In this document: one piece after another, positions 1 to 11,800 of the stretch | Position numbering within the stretch: position 1 is the first letter of the stretch | How the letters are laid out: the number at the start of each line of letters is the position of its first letter | Assembly: GCA_040182905.1 (NCBI GenBank) | Contig: JARQWU010000034.1 | Coordinates: 1-58,278 of the forward strand | Source: Barthelona sp. PAP020 | Taxonomy: Eukaryota | Length of the DNA stretch: 58,278 nucleotides | Direction of reading: 5' to 3' | Position numbers and translations under genes: made by a program | The notes under the pieces: generated by a model | The model's database searches: none | Told to the model about the DNA's origin: nothing | The model's input: only the letters and a program-made list of their open reading frames with translations

Positions 1-1
1 A

Positions 2-295
2 ACATGCAGGGAATGTATTAGGTTAGACAGACATGCCAAAGTTGTAAACCTTCTGAAGAAGAAAACTCACATGATATTCAATATTGAATCTGTTGGACAG
101 ATGAAACCAGGTACTATCTTTATCAAATCTATCGATGAATTAAGAAAGAAGGCTTTGAATTTGAAGAAGAGTTTGGATCGTAAGTTGCATGATGATGAAG
201 AAGATTCTGAGAATTCAGGAGATGAAAGTTTGAGTGACGGTGAAAAGAATGATTCAGTTTCAGATAGTGATCATGAGGATGAAATGGAACAATAG
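2..295 (+). CDS. RPC40: 3' end of RNA polymerase I/III shared subunit RPC40/AC40 (RPAC1, POLR1C); 5'-truncated by the window edge
   Basis: The frame is open from base 2: TCRECIRLDRHAKVVNLLKKKTHMIFNIESVGQMKPGTIFIKSIDELRKK. This matches the AC40 C-terminal pattern CRECIR...HFIFxVESxG...P..IF..AIxIL..K. An acidic tail follows, then TAG. Confidence 0.85.
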   Translation, partial: TCRECIRLDRHAKVVNLLKKKTHMIFNIESVGQMKPGTIFIKSIDELRKKALNLKKSLDRKLHDDEEDSENSGDESLSDGEKNDSVSDSDHEDEMEQ

Positions 296-488
296 TCAGA
301 TAAACAAATGAAACGGTTTTTTTTTTTGTTTAGAAATTGTTTTTTCTTTAAACAATTAAAATGAAATTTTAAACAAACTAATTGTTTTGTTTTGTTTAAT
401 CAATTGAACAATTGAACAAATAAAAAAGAAAGATTATACATACTTTTTTGTTTTGATTAACTTCAAATCAATTAATGTTTATTAATTT

Positions 489-2858
489 ATGAGTTTAAGT
501 TTACAATTTGACAAAGAATTTGAACATTTTGGAGATGGTATTGATGAATTAAATGATTACATATATTTTTGGGAAAGTATTGAGGATGTGACAAATAGTA
601 TAACGTATGAAAATTCATCTTTATCCAGATATGATGAATTAAGTGAAGAAGAACAATTAAACCGATTATTTATCATTCAAGAACATTTGGAAGCTGATTT
701 TTCAAATCAAACAGAAACTTTAAGATTATTAGTACATTTAATATATGGTAATCCTGGAGGATGTCCTGGTATTTATCAAATCAAGTTATCCAAATTAATA
801 GCCAAACAGATGAACAGTTTAGATTTTTTTCCTGTTCTAATGAATTCTCTCTTATATCATCACTACAAATCAGGTGAAAATAATGGTCAAAATGATCAAC
901 AGAGTCATTTTCATGGTGATTATTGCCTCATTTTAAACGTTGTGTATTTTTACTTGTTTCATCATAAAGACTCGCTTCAAGTGACTAATAAATTATTGAA
1001 AACGATTAATCCTGGGCAATATCCACCCTTAATGTCTTTTTTTCATTGTTTATCTGAAGGAATCAATAGAGTATGGTTTCCAGTCCGAAAAATTATGAGA
1101 TTAATACATTTGTCGTTATATATGGTCTATTTGAATCTTTATGATGGGGAATATTTGGGATTCTACAAAGATAACATTAAGCTTCGCAAACATGAGGATC
1201 TATATTTGTTTTCAATGCATTTATCGTCCTTAACTACTGTAAAAACAAAGAATCCATCCCAATACAAGGAAATTTACAACACTTTGCTGGACAACTATCC
1301 AAACATTCGTTGCGATGTTCCATCAGATCCATTTGAATTTGACCCATTGGTAAATTTGTTGAAATTGGAGTCTAACGTTGAGAAAGCAGGTATTCCTCAT
1401 ACTTTAAAGACAAAAACATCAGGAAATATGAGAGATAAATTTCCGACACTTTTGTTTGAATATCTCACCCCTAATCTGTCTCGGTTCTTAATGGTCTTCT
1501 TGAGAATGTTGATTCCCTCATGTCCAGGACAAGGCTCTTTATCAAAGAGCCCTACAATAAAATTGTCAATCGATGCTCCCATGTATTGGCAACTGATCGA
1601 CATCTTTCCACATCAAATAGTCAAAACAGACAAATTTCAGGACTTCATCGAAATGTTACCAAAGCTGAGAGGACACTTTGAAATTAACAATGTTGCTTCT
1701 GAGATGTCCAATGAGAATTTCATTGAATTGTATGAGCTTGAATATGAAAGACAATGTGAGATTCTTTCTCAAGACTCTTGTGGAATTTTACGTCTGTTAT
1801 TGCTGATCTTTGATAGTGCTGATATGGCATATTCAACCATTTTATCCTTCCTTTTGAGGGATTTTTCGGCTGTCAAACTGATCATCAAAATTTTAAATCA
1901 AGATTTATCCACCTTCTTAAAGTCGCAAACCGCCAAGTTGGAGGAGCCCATTTCTATTCTGAACCATTTGGTTTTTCCTCCTTTTAATATGTCTATCACA
2001 TTGTTTGATTCGTTGAAATCATTGCCTGAATCATTGCCCTCAACACCTTCAAGAGTACCACTCGTTAATTTAAGTGTGTTGGAAAGTTTACAAGAAGAAA
2101 ACTTTCAAGTGGCTGATCTTGATGATGACGCGATGGAAAAATTAGATGACGAATGGTTTAGTCAGAGTGACGATGATGAAAAGATGAATTTTGGAAGCAT
2201 CTTTGATTCAACAAGCTGTAATTCAGTATCTGAAGAATCTTTTGTTAATGTGAATGTTAGAGTGTTCAAGATTCTCACTATGTGTCTTGATTTGTTGTAC
2301 AAATTACAATTTCCTGTTTGTCCTTCCTTTGTGCCAAATCCTTTGTGGTATTATCGAACATTGATCTGTGAATTCTTATGTTTAGAAGGGCAAATGGTTG
2401 TGTCAAATGTCCTTTTAGCTATAGACAATAAAATCATGAATAAATTGGGAAGTAAAATTATTTACAAAGTTTTGCCTGCATTAGGAAAGAAGTTCATCAC
2501 GCATAATCCTCATTGTGTTGAAAAATTGTTCAATAATTATCAAATGAGTCTTATTAATCAAGGATTCTTGTTTTTTGAATTTTCTCAACGAAAAAAACAA
2601 GACCCTGAAATTGAAAACATTACAAAAACTATTTTAAACTGTGCTTATCTTGCTTTATGGAAGAGATATCATTTTGATGAATGGTATACTGCACAAATGG
2701 CAGGAAATATTGATTTGTTCAATAATGATTTGACATTTGAAAACAATTCTTCTTCCTCAATCTTAAGAATAAATAACACTGCAGAATACACATATAAAAA
2801 TGATATAATTGGATTATTGTCTTATAGAATGTCCTTGGAAAGTGTTGATAGTAGGTAG
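489..2858 (+). CDS. STRIP1: STRIP1/2 / Far11 family protein (STRIPAK scaffold; N1221 + DUF3402 domains), 789 aa
   Basis: STRIP/Far11-like blocks occur in the expected order: FPVRKIMRLI (cf. FPMKKVLLLL), LFEYLTPNLSRFLMVFLRMLIPSCP (cf. LYQGMLYSLPQYMIALLKILLAAAP), ERQCEILSQDSCGILRLLL (cf. NRHKEIIVKSISTLLLLL), LIIKILNQDLSTFL (cf. LILKFFNQNILSYI). Confidence 0.75.
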   Translation: MSLSLQFDKEFEHFGDGIDELNDYIYFWESIEDVTNSITYENSSLSRYDELSEEEQLNRLFIIQEHLEADFSNQTETLRLLVHLIYGNPGGCPGIYQIKLSKLIAKQMNSLDFFPVLMNSLLYHHYKSGENNGQNDQQSHFHGDYCLILNVVYFYLFHHKDSLQVTNKLLKTINPGQYPPLMSFFHCLSEGINRVWFPVRKIMRLIHLSLYMVYLNLYDGEYLGFYKDNIKLRKHEDLYLFSMHLSSLTTVKTKNPSQYKEIYNTLLDNYPNIRCDVPSDPFEFDPLVNLLKLESNVEKAGIPHTLKTKTSGNMRDKFPTLLFEYLTPNLSRFLMVFLRMLIPSCPGQGSLSKSPTIKLSIDAPMYWQLIDIFPHQIVKTDKFQDFIEMLPKLRGHFEINNVASEMSNENFIELYELEYERQCEILSQDSCGILRLLLLIFDSADMAYSTILSFLLRDFSAVKLIIKILNQDLSTFLKSQTAKLEEPISILNHLVFPPFNMSITLFDSLKSLPESLPSTPSRVPLVNLSVLESLQEENFQVADLDDDAMEKLDDEWFSQSDDDEKMNFGSIFDSTSCNSVSEESFVNVNVRVFKILTMCLDLLYKLQFPVCPSFVPNPLWYYRTLICEFLCLEGQMVVSNVLLAIDNKIMNKLGSKIIYKVLPALGKKFITHNPHCVEKLFNNYQMSLINQGFLFFEFSQRKKQDPEIENITKTILNCAYLALWKRYHFDEWYTAQMAGNIDLFNNDLTFENNSSSSILRINNTAEYTYKNDIIGLLSYRMSLESVDSR

Positions 2859-2895
2859 TAAATCAATTATATATATTTTTTTTGTTATTGGTGGA

Positions 2896-3186
2896 ATGAA
2901 AAAAATTCTTTTGATCTTTTGTATTTATCTTATATTACAAGCATCGGCAAATGACAAATTTGATGAATATTTAAAAATTCATGGAAAGAAATATTCTCGT
3001 CGTGAATACAAAGTTCGAAAACAATTATTTGAGCAAAGATATAAAGAAGGTGGTGATTTATCTTCACCAGTTTTGGACAGAAAACCTGAAGAATTGGCCG
3101 GATCAAAAGATTTGGAGATATTAAACTACGTAAAAGAAATGAGAAGAAGAAATATTGAATTATTCAATGCTAATGCATTTGAATAA
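2896..3186 (+). CDS. Small secreted protein with an I29 cathepsin-propeptide-inhibitor-like domain and no protease domain, 96 aa
   Basis: ATG at 2896 starts a signal peptide MKKILLIFCIYLILQASA. It is followed by FDEYLKIHGKKYSRREYKVRKQLFEQ, which fits the I29 pattern F..(F/W)...(H/Y)GK.Y...E...R...F. TAA stop at 3184-3186. Confidence 0.65.
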   Translation: MKKILLIFCIYLILQASANDKFDEYLKIHGKKYSRREYKVRKQLFEQRYKEGGDLSSPVLDRKPEELAGSKDLEILNYVKEMRRRNIELFNANAFE

Positions 3187-3363
3187 GAGCTGTCATTGAT
3201 GTATATTTGGAATCTTTAAAGTTTTTGATTTGTTGTAAATAGAAAGAATCTTTTTTTTTCTCTCAAGTTGATCTTTGGTGGTATTTTATCAACAATTGAA
3301 CCTTAAGCTTTGGCTCTTTGAAAAATTTGAAAAGCGTTGTGAAAAAAAAAGTTCTTAATTTAC

Positions 3364-3990
3364 TTAATATGGATATTGATAATATGTGTCCATGGGATTC
3401 ATAGGAATAAAACATTCTGGATAATAATTGAAAGGTTCAACTTCTAAACTTTGATATCCTTGAGTTTCAATGAATGGTATTGGTACGCTTGAAACAGGAA
3501 TTGATGGAATGTAATAAGGACAATCTGTTGAAGGTTCTTGTGGAACTAGTGAATAATCATACGCATTAATCCTAATTGGATGATTGTTACTCATATCATT
3601 ATATTGGGGTGTAATATATGAGGAAGAATTTTGTGAGGGAAAAGAATATGCTGGTGAAACTGGCAAGTTTTGTGTGTAATATTGTCTTTCTGTTTCAAAA
3701 GACTCTTGTGGTGAATGCTGTATTTTATTTTGAAGATGAGAATTGTCCATTTGAACATGTGTTTCAAAAAGTTGTTGAGGTCTATTTGTTTTGATTTCAT
3801 CTACTTCATAATTTGATTTACTATTTTTATTTTCTTTGTCTAATAATATATTTGCAATCATTCCTATTGTCGGTAAAAACATATCGGGATATTTTAACAT
3901 AAATTCTGTGGTCAATTTTGGTTGCAACAATAATTCATCATATTGTTGGGTAAAAAATTCATTATTATTATTATCAAATGAATTTAACAT
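3364..3990 (-). CDS. Hypothetical protein, 208 aa, Pro/Tyr/Ser/Gln-rich low-complexity C-terminus
   Basis: ATG-initiated ORF that fills the gap between neighbouring genes and is divergent from the cNMP gene. No family recognised. Confidence 0.55.
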   Translation of the reverse strand: MLNSFDNNNNEFFTQQYDELLLQPKLTTEFMLKYPDMFLPTIGMIANILLDKENKNSKSNYEVDEIKTNRPQQLFETHVQMDNSHLQNKIQHSPQESFETERQYYTQNLPVSPAYSFPSQNSSSYITPQYNDMSNNHPIRINAYDYSLVPQEPSTDCPYYIPSIPVSSVPIPFIETQGYQSLEVEPFNYYPECFIPMNPMDTYYQYPY

Positions 3991-4076
3991 GGAAGGAGTA
4001 CAATTTGAGATATTAACAACCGTATATTAAATTAAAAGGGAAAGAGGCAAGGTTTTTTCTTTTCTTGATAATATCA

Positions 4077-5033
4077 ATGAATCTTTATGAATTTACCCAT
4101 GCATTATCATTTAAACCCAAAGAAAGAACTGAAGAACAACAATGTGTCATTTTGAATGTTGTTAAGGATTTTCCATTTTTTCAATCAATACCTTTAAATT
4201 TAGTTCCAATTGTTAGTAGTTATTTAACCTGTATATCTTGTGACAATAAAGATACATTATTATTTCGTCGAGGAGAAGCATTCACGAGTATTCATATTTT
4301 AATTCGAGGAAGTGTAGTATCGGGTGATGACGAATCATTAAATGCTGTCCCCATAGGACATTGTTTAGATGGAAGTGATTTGTATATTGAAGGTTTGTTT
4401 CATAAACATACAATAATTGCACAAAGAAATTGTATTTTAGCTACACTATCACAGGATACATTCAGGAGAATTATCGATAAAAACGTTTTGAGGAAGTATC
4501 CAGAGGTCAAAATTGATTTCTTTGCCTTCTATGAGTTTTTAAGAAGTATAGAACCCTTAAAATTGATTGAAAGAAGAGAATTAGAACGTTTTGCACACTA
4601 TTTGACCCCTTTTTTAATTGATAGAAAGCAAGTTATCTTTAAAGAGAATGATACTCCCAAAGGAATATATTTTGTGGTTCAAGGAACAGCAACATTGTTA
4701 CAATCTGTAAATTTGAACGAAAATTTAGATTTGGAACCTGAGTATCATATGTTCGAAATCAATAGAATTTCAGAGGGTGACTATTTTGGTGATTTGTCAA
4801 TATTGTGTGACACTTGCACACAATATGCGGTATTATCTAAAACTCCCATGTTGTGTTTGTTTATTTCAGCAAATATGTTCAGGGAGATTGTGTCTCCCCA
4901 AATGTTGAATTTGTTTAAGGAAAAATTAGACAAATATGTTGACAGCACAGAAATTTTGAAAATAATACATGATAAACAAAATTGGAGCGAATATCGCAAG
5001 AAATTGTATGACGATGTGAAACAAATGAAATGA
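4077..5033 (+). CDS. Tandem cyclic-nucleotide-binding-domain protein (CNBD1/2-like or PKA-R-like fold) with degenerate phosphate-binding cassettes
   Basis: First ATG is at 4077 (the track start 4065 is TTG). Lead-in KPKERTEEQ...FPFFQSI. Domain A: LFRRGE...IHILIRGSV. Domain B: VIFKENDTPKGIYFVVQGTA...GDYFGDLSIL. Confidence 0.8.
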   Translation: MNLYEFTHALSFKPKERTEEQQCVILNVVKDFPFFQSIPLNLVPIVSSYLTCISCDNKDTLLFRRGEAFTSIHILIRGSVVSGDDESLNAVPIGHCLDGSDLYIEGLFHKHTIIAQRNCILATLSQDTFRRIIDKNVLRKYPEVKIDFFAFYEFLRSIEPLKLIERRELERFAHYLTPFLIDRKQVIFKENDTPKGIYFVVQGTATLLQSVNLNENLDLEPEYHMFEINRISEGDYFGDLSILCDTCTQYAVLSKTPMLCLFISANMFREIVSPQMLNLFKEKLDKYVDSTEILKIIHDKQNWSEYRKKLYDDVKQMK

Positions 5034-5499
5034 GATAACCCAAAATGAGATGGTTTGTTTTGCATTCATGCTTTTCCCCTTTATAAATTGTACAGTTTGT
5101 CGCCTTGTTTTTTTGTTCTTCAGCTTTATTAAGAGAAAGTCATATATAAATGCTAAAAAGAAAAAAAAAAGAAGATAAAAAGTTTTTTTACAGAAATGTC
5201 TTTTTTCCCAATCTTCAATTATTTTTGGGAAAACAGACAAATTTTTCGAACAGGCTAATTCCTTAAACCCATGTCATGTTTTGCAAACAAACCAATTTTG
5301 GCAAGTTCAAATTCCCCAAACTCAAATTGTGGAGTAAGAAATTGTCACCGTAACCTTATCTCCGTGTCTGAGATTGTTTCTTGGATGCTTAAAACTTTTG
5401 TAAAACTTTCCGTGTGATACTAGTTTCTCCTCTACTATCTTGTGCGTGAGTTATACAAGCCTTATTTATGAAAATGTAGGTAAAATTTTTCCATTTTAT

Positions 5500-5653
5500 T
5501 TCTTTCAACAAACCCAAAATTTTTCAGTTTTTCTTTTTTCAACTTGGAGAAATTAAAAGTTTCAATAGATCAAACGGGCTTCAAAAACTGTTCGCCAAAT
5601 GGACACTATTTTTTTTGTACACTCATAGGAACATCTTTTCCTACCTTGGAAAT
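5500..5653 (+). repeat. Solo diverged copy of the dispersed repeat that forms the inverted arms at 42.7 and 43.7 kb
   Basis: caaaatttttcagtttt...gaaattaaaagtttcaatagatcaaacgggcttcaaaaac...ccaaatggacactatt...cactcata...cttggaaat aligns by eye with 43595-43740 (caaaattttgcagtttt...aaaattgaaagtttcaatggatcaatcgggcctcgaaagcc) and with the reverse complement of 42666-42790. Confidence 0.7.
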
Positions 5654-5805
5654 AGTTGATGAATTGAGAAGCATTGGTTTCAATTTTGGCAATGTCAGTA
5701 CTTGAAAATTTCCTTTCTTATTGGAAAAATGGAATAAAAAAATTGTTCAAAACATTCAAACTTTTCAAATTTATAAATTCTTTTTATTTATTTAAAAATT
5801 AACAG

Positions 5806-8800
5806 CTAAACTGAATCATCTGTTGAAGAGCTTTGGAATTGCAACATTTCATGGCCAATTGAGTAATCATTCATGCCATTGTTAGCATCACCTGTTGCTT
5901 TCACCAAAGGATTTCGAATTCTGTTGTGTTGTAACATATTATTGTTACGGAATTGATCTTTGGTGGTTAAACCACTGATAGATCGTTGCATCATAGCTTT
6001 GATACCATAAACACACCCAAACAAGAGCATTATGCAAACAGCTCCAATGACAAGATATCCTAAATTAACCGTTGAGGCATGGGATGTGATCGTATCTGGA
6101 TCGATACGACAGAAAGACCAATAAGCCAAAATCATAATTGTGGTGACAAGGTAAATGGATTTGAAGTTATTATCTCTTTCATTCTTGAAGGGTTTCTTGT
6201 AGCCATGATATGCCATCATAAATCCAGCAATTACCATACCTCCTAATGATTGAACAAGAGGATTGGCACATAAAATGAACAAACCACCACCTAACAAGGC
6301 TTGATAAGTCAATGAAACAAGTTCAGAATCAACACTCTTCTCTCTTGTATGAGAGTAGAATGTTTCAATGGGCTTCAATAGATCTCCAGTTTCTTTCTGG
6401 AAATCACGTTCAATACTAGTTAGTTCCATGGGGTGATACTTTTTCAAGAATAGCTCTATTCCAATGAAAGTGGCAATTATGAAGGCACCAACACCTAACA
6501 ATCTCAAATGCTCACTTTCAAAAGCAAGATAATTGGGATACGTTTGCATGACTGTATTGCTACCAACAGATAAAAGACCAAATGGTTCAAATGCACTGTG
6601 TAACAATGGAGTTTGGAGTAATAGCAATGAGGCTATCAAATACCTCAAAGCACGGGACTGTTTGGACAATTTGGGGTCTGTCTTCTGTTTCAAGAAAACA
6701 ATAAAGGAACCAACGGTTAACAACAGCATTGAAACAGCTGTAGCAATTAATCTGTATTCAGGAGTTCCAAAGAAGGGATGAACACACTCCAACAATTGAC
6801 CTTTACCAATGTCCAAAGTAAGCAAATCACAGCAAATAAAGAATATTTGCAAAGTAGGAGGCAGATGTACAGGCATCGTTCTATGCAATGAGCCAAATAT
6901 TTGCAAAGTACGAATCAATGGTAAGTAGATAGATAGAGCACTGAAGTTCCAAAGAGTGTCCTTTCCAATAATATATAGAACGATGCATTGAACGACAGAA
7001 ATTAAAGCAATGATAGCCAAAAGAATAGGAGTTGGAAGACATTCCAAACATACAGGAAGCGATTTGAAGTAACCAGGTTGACAAACATCACAAGAGGCAC
7101 CACTGTAACCTTCTTCACAAGAACCATACTGTAGAGTTTGATTGTTGCATGTTCCCTTACAACCCAAAGAAACACAGGCCACAATCACACCTGCTTCATT
7201 CATGAAATAACCTTCTTTAATACATGTGTTGTTACCACCATAACAGTACATTCCTGTTGGGCAAGGAACACATTCCCCATTATCTAACGGGTAGAGGTTA
7301 CCATAACATTGACATTCAGTTCTTTCTTCATTGGCTCTTTGATTTTCACCACACAATTCACACTTTGTCAAACCCCTTTCATCAGCAATAGAAGTGATGG
7401 GACAACGTTCACAACCATTTGTCATGTCTTCATTTCTGAAAGTACCCACACGACAAAGACCACAAGTCTTTGATCCTTCTGTTTCAGTCCAACTTCCTGG
7501 ATCACAAGAAAGACATGCTCCAGCACTTGGCAAAGGACTGTAAGAACCCACAGCACAAGGTTCACATTTTCCATTTAGAACACCATATCCAGCTTCACAT
7601 ACCAAGATTATGAGGTCAACATACGTAGACATTAATCTTGGACTTGAAAGCTTGACTGTATATGTGTTTGGAGAACCAATCAACTGGATGTTGCTTATTT
7701 GAGCAAATCCATTTGATGTTTGTGTCATCATTTCACCTTTTACAGCGAAGTTATCAGTATTTGGAGAACCATAAACGGTTCTAATTGTGGGATCTTCAAT
7801 TGGTTTATCAAAACCATCAACAACTGTCAAATCAAATGCATATAATAAGTCAATAGCGTTTGTATCTAACTTGCTACTCACCTCAGCATGCAATGCACGA
7901 GGGTCTGATGTCATATTAGAACCATAATTGGAAGCAACATTATCAATGAATGAATTATTGATAATTGAGGATAAATTGAGAGCGTTTGAAAAAAGTCCAG
8001 CTCCAATCGGAGCTACATTTTCAATGAAAATGTTATTGTTCACATTAGGACCTTCCTCACTCCTAAGATCATCAGTATACTCTTCAATGAAATCTTCATC
8101 GCTGGTGCAAACATATTCATGATTTTTGGAGTCCAAACAAGTGCTATTTTTATGAAGAATAGATACAGCACCCCCATTCAATCCGGCTTCACATTGACTG
8201 AAACTATTGTTTGTCAAAGAGACAATCTCACTTGAAGCAATAGCACCACCAAACAATTTGGAAGAACATGTATCAAAAATACTATTGGAGACGTTCAATT
8301 TAGACTGAGAATCGGAATGAATGCAACCACCAGGAGCCATTTCTGAGTGCAAATATTCAAAAGAAGAATTATTAACAACCAAATTCGAATCAACAGAGAA
8401 TAAACCACCAGTTACATTACCGATGACATTCTTAATGGTCATATTGTTCATCAAGACATCAGTATTCACCAAACGAACAGGTGTCAACATGGAATAATTT
8501 TGACTGGATTGAACATCCTCAATTTGGATGTTTTCAAGATCAACAACTGAATTCTTAGTGTCCAACAAGGGGACTATTGAACTAGAGGTAAGATTTTTGA
8601 CATTAAAATTCGTCATATTCAGGTTTGAATTGTCTGTCACACTGACAAGAGGAGTATCAGATGTAGAATTAATGTTTTCAATGTTCAACCCATCAATATC
8701 AACCGAAGACTTGATCATATCAATAAATGAGTCCATAAAGGCATCTGAAACATTGACGTTTTCAACTGCAATCTTAGATGATACTGCAGCAATTCCTTTT

Positions 8801-11800
8801 TTCATTTCACTGATGTTGAAATCAATGTTATTGAGGGAAAGGCTGCTGCTGAAACAATTCACAAACGTGTCGATATTGCTTTTAATAGGCATCGTAACGT
8901 TGGTCAAATTAGTCTTTGAATACCTGCAATTGAAAACAGGAACATTGCTGACAGCTTGTTCAAAGGTGACATTATTCAGTTTTGCAACTGAATTGACCAA
9001 TTTGAAGAGATTGCCATAAGTATAGTTAGAAGAAAGATTGTCTATGACTAACTCAGAACCAACAGAACTGATGCCACTTGAATTAGAAATGTTCAAAAGA
9101 TCGGCTTGAAGTGTTGAAAAAGAACTTTCGAGGGCATTAACAGTCAGATTATTTAAAGTGACATTGCTAACATTAATATCAGAACTGTGAATGACCAAAC
9201 CTCTTTCACAGTTATTGATGGTGAAATTGCTCAAAACAACATCAAAAGCAGATTCAATGACAATAGCATCACCACTGTTATTACAATCAAACACTGCATT
9301 TTCAGTTTCACTGGTGTAATCTTCTTCAATCATATCAACCATTTCAATACCGTTGATGTTTATCTTGCGATTCAAAGGTAAGGTTAAAGGGGTATAACTC
9401 GTATTATAAATACCAGGCAACAAATTGACAGTACTATCTCTTTCAACTCTTGATAGGAGATATTTAAGTGTTTTACATGGAGCACCTTTTGAACCACAGC
9501 ACATTCCATCAACACCATATGGACTTAAGTATCCTTCATTGCCAAGATCAAGAACAATTGAGTCTTCAACCACATAATCATAAGTGGCAATATTCATTAG
9601 CTGTTTATTGCCACTATTTGTTCCAAGATAAGCGTCTTCACCAATACTGGTATCGATTTCAGTTGACATCTCTCCTTCAATCCAATCCATATTAGAACCA
9701 CATGCAGTGGGTGTGATACTGAACCCACCACTCACATTTCCAACAACTTGGAAAATATTATAGACTGTTCCTTTTGAAATTTCATCAGTAGGCGTGAAAT
9801 CTACATTTGCAGTTCCATTCAAATGTGCATTTCCTTGAACTTCTATGAAACTGTGAGTATTTTCATCTTCAATGAAAATCTCAAGAATAGCTTTGTTAGT
9901 AAGTGTCAAATTATTGAAGAAAACAAGTTTTCTACCTGCTTCAATTGTTGGTTTGATTGTTCCTTGAACATATAAATCACTCTTCCATACACCTTCACCT
10001 TGTAAAATATTTTTCTTTTCTAATATCCAATTGTTAGACACTCCACCTATGGATGTATTGTTGTGTAACGTGAAATTATGACCTAAATCAAGAGAATCAA
10101 TAACAAAATAGGAGTCTTCATAAATATCCACATTATCAGTTCTCATATCCACTTCATAACCAATCACACGAGAATTATTCACAGTGATGTTATTCGTTTG
10201 AAGGACAGGCAAAACATTCACTGTTTCTGTCTCATCAAACACATTGTGTGCAAAGTTAAGATTATGTCCAATTAAATTCATTACAGGTATCGTCAAATTC
10301 ACGTTATCATCAAGATAAACATTACACAAATCTTCGAATGGGGCAATATCATTGATAACAATGTTAGAATCACTGATTACCCCAAATCCATCATCAGCAT
10401 TGATATGGGTTAAAGAGGCCATACAATTATCCATCGCATTCAAATGACTGTTAAGGTTCAATTCAGATAACTCGTTCAGGATGATATCATCAACAGTAAC
10501 TTCTTCTTTTTCTTCTTCACCTGCTTTGAATGAATTGAAATTGTTTGATTGTGGGAGTTCAAAAGGGCTTTTGAACGAAAATTCTTCGTTCTTGAAGAAA
10601 TTCAGCGCTTCAATACTGGCATTTTTAGCCTTCAAACAAGTGCTACATACTGTTAAATTGTTGAAATCAACATCAGTGTCATTGTTGAAAACAAATGCAA
10701 CATTTGAACTCTCAACGTGTTCAATTGCAACATTATCACCCATACCAAAGAAATACATACGATTATCAATATCTCCAATAAATAAATCACTGACATTGGT
10801 GTAGACAAACGCAAATTCTCCAGAAAGTTTTGAAATATTCATCGAATTGTCAGACTCGATCCTCAGATAAGCAAGATGTGTGGTCGATATGGCCTCAACA
10901 CCTTTGGATTTTGAAAAATCAACCGAGGAATTTTTGGTGATGTTAACAATGCTGGATATAATTGTGGCACTATCAACATGTTCAATTGTTGTGTTGTCAA
11001 TGAATAAAATGCAACTGTTTTCAGAATAAATAGTCACATTCAAATGTACTGAGCTGCTTTGAATTTTATTGTTTGAATCTAAACAATGGAAATAAGTGTT
11101 GTTTGTGTTGGTGTTTAATTCAAACTGATCACCAGTATTGGACACTTGCAACACATCAAGTTTAGCACTTTCATTGACAATTGTATTTCCTTCTTTGTTT
11201 TCAATTGTCAAGTCATCGATACGTCCTGCAATCGTTACATTACCACCAACATTACAAATAAACATTGTAGTTGCATTGCCAATAATGTTCAATCTTGGAA
11301 TAACTGTTTGGTCAATCTTATTTGTTATATCAAGATAATTCGTTGTTCCATTGATCACCATATCGTCAAAATTCAAAATATTGACTTGATCAATGTTTCC
11401 ATTCATTTTTGTGAATGCAGAAGATACAATGGTGACATTTGATGTGACAGATTCAGGCTCAAAGATGCTATTATTGCTTAACAAATTCAATTTATTTGTA
11501 AAAGTATAAGAAGGATTACAAGTCTCCTCATTTTCTCCCAATTCCACCGAAATAGGTCTACAATCAACGGACACATTACTGTTCTTTAATGTGCCTTGAG
11601 AATCAAAGAAACCTTGAACAATTGTAGTACCCTCAGAAATAATTGAATGACCAATGGTCAAATCTGATCCATTCAAATGAATTAAACCAGTCTTATTGTT
11701 GTACAATTCAACTCCAATTATCGGTGCCACATCAACATTTGTCACATTTTCACTGGGGATAGTCCTCAATTCTCCTTCGTTATATATTTTCCCAACACAA

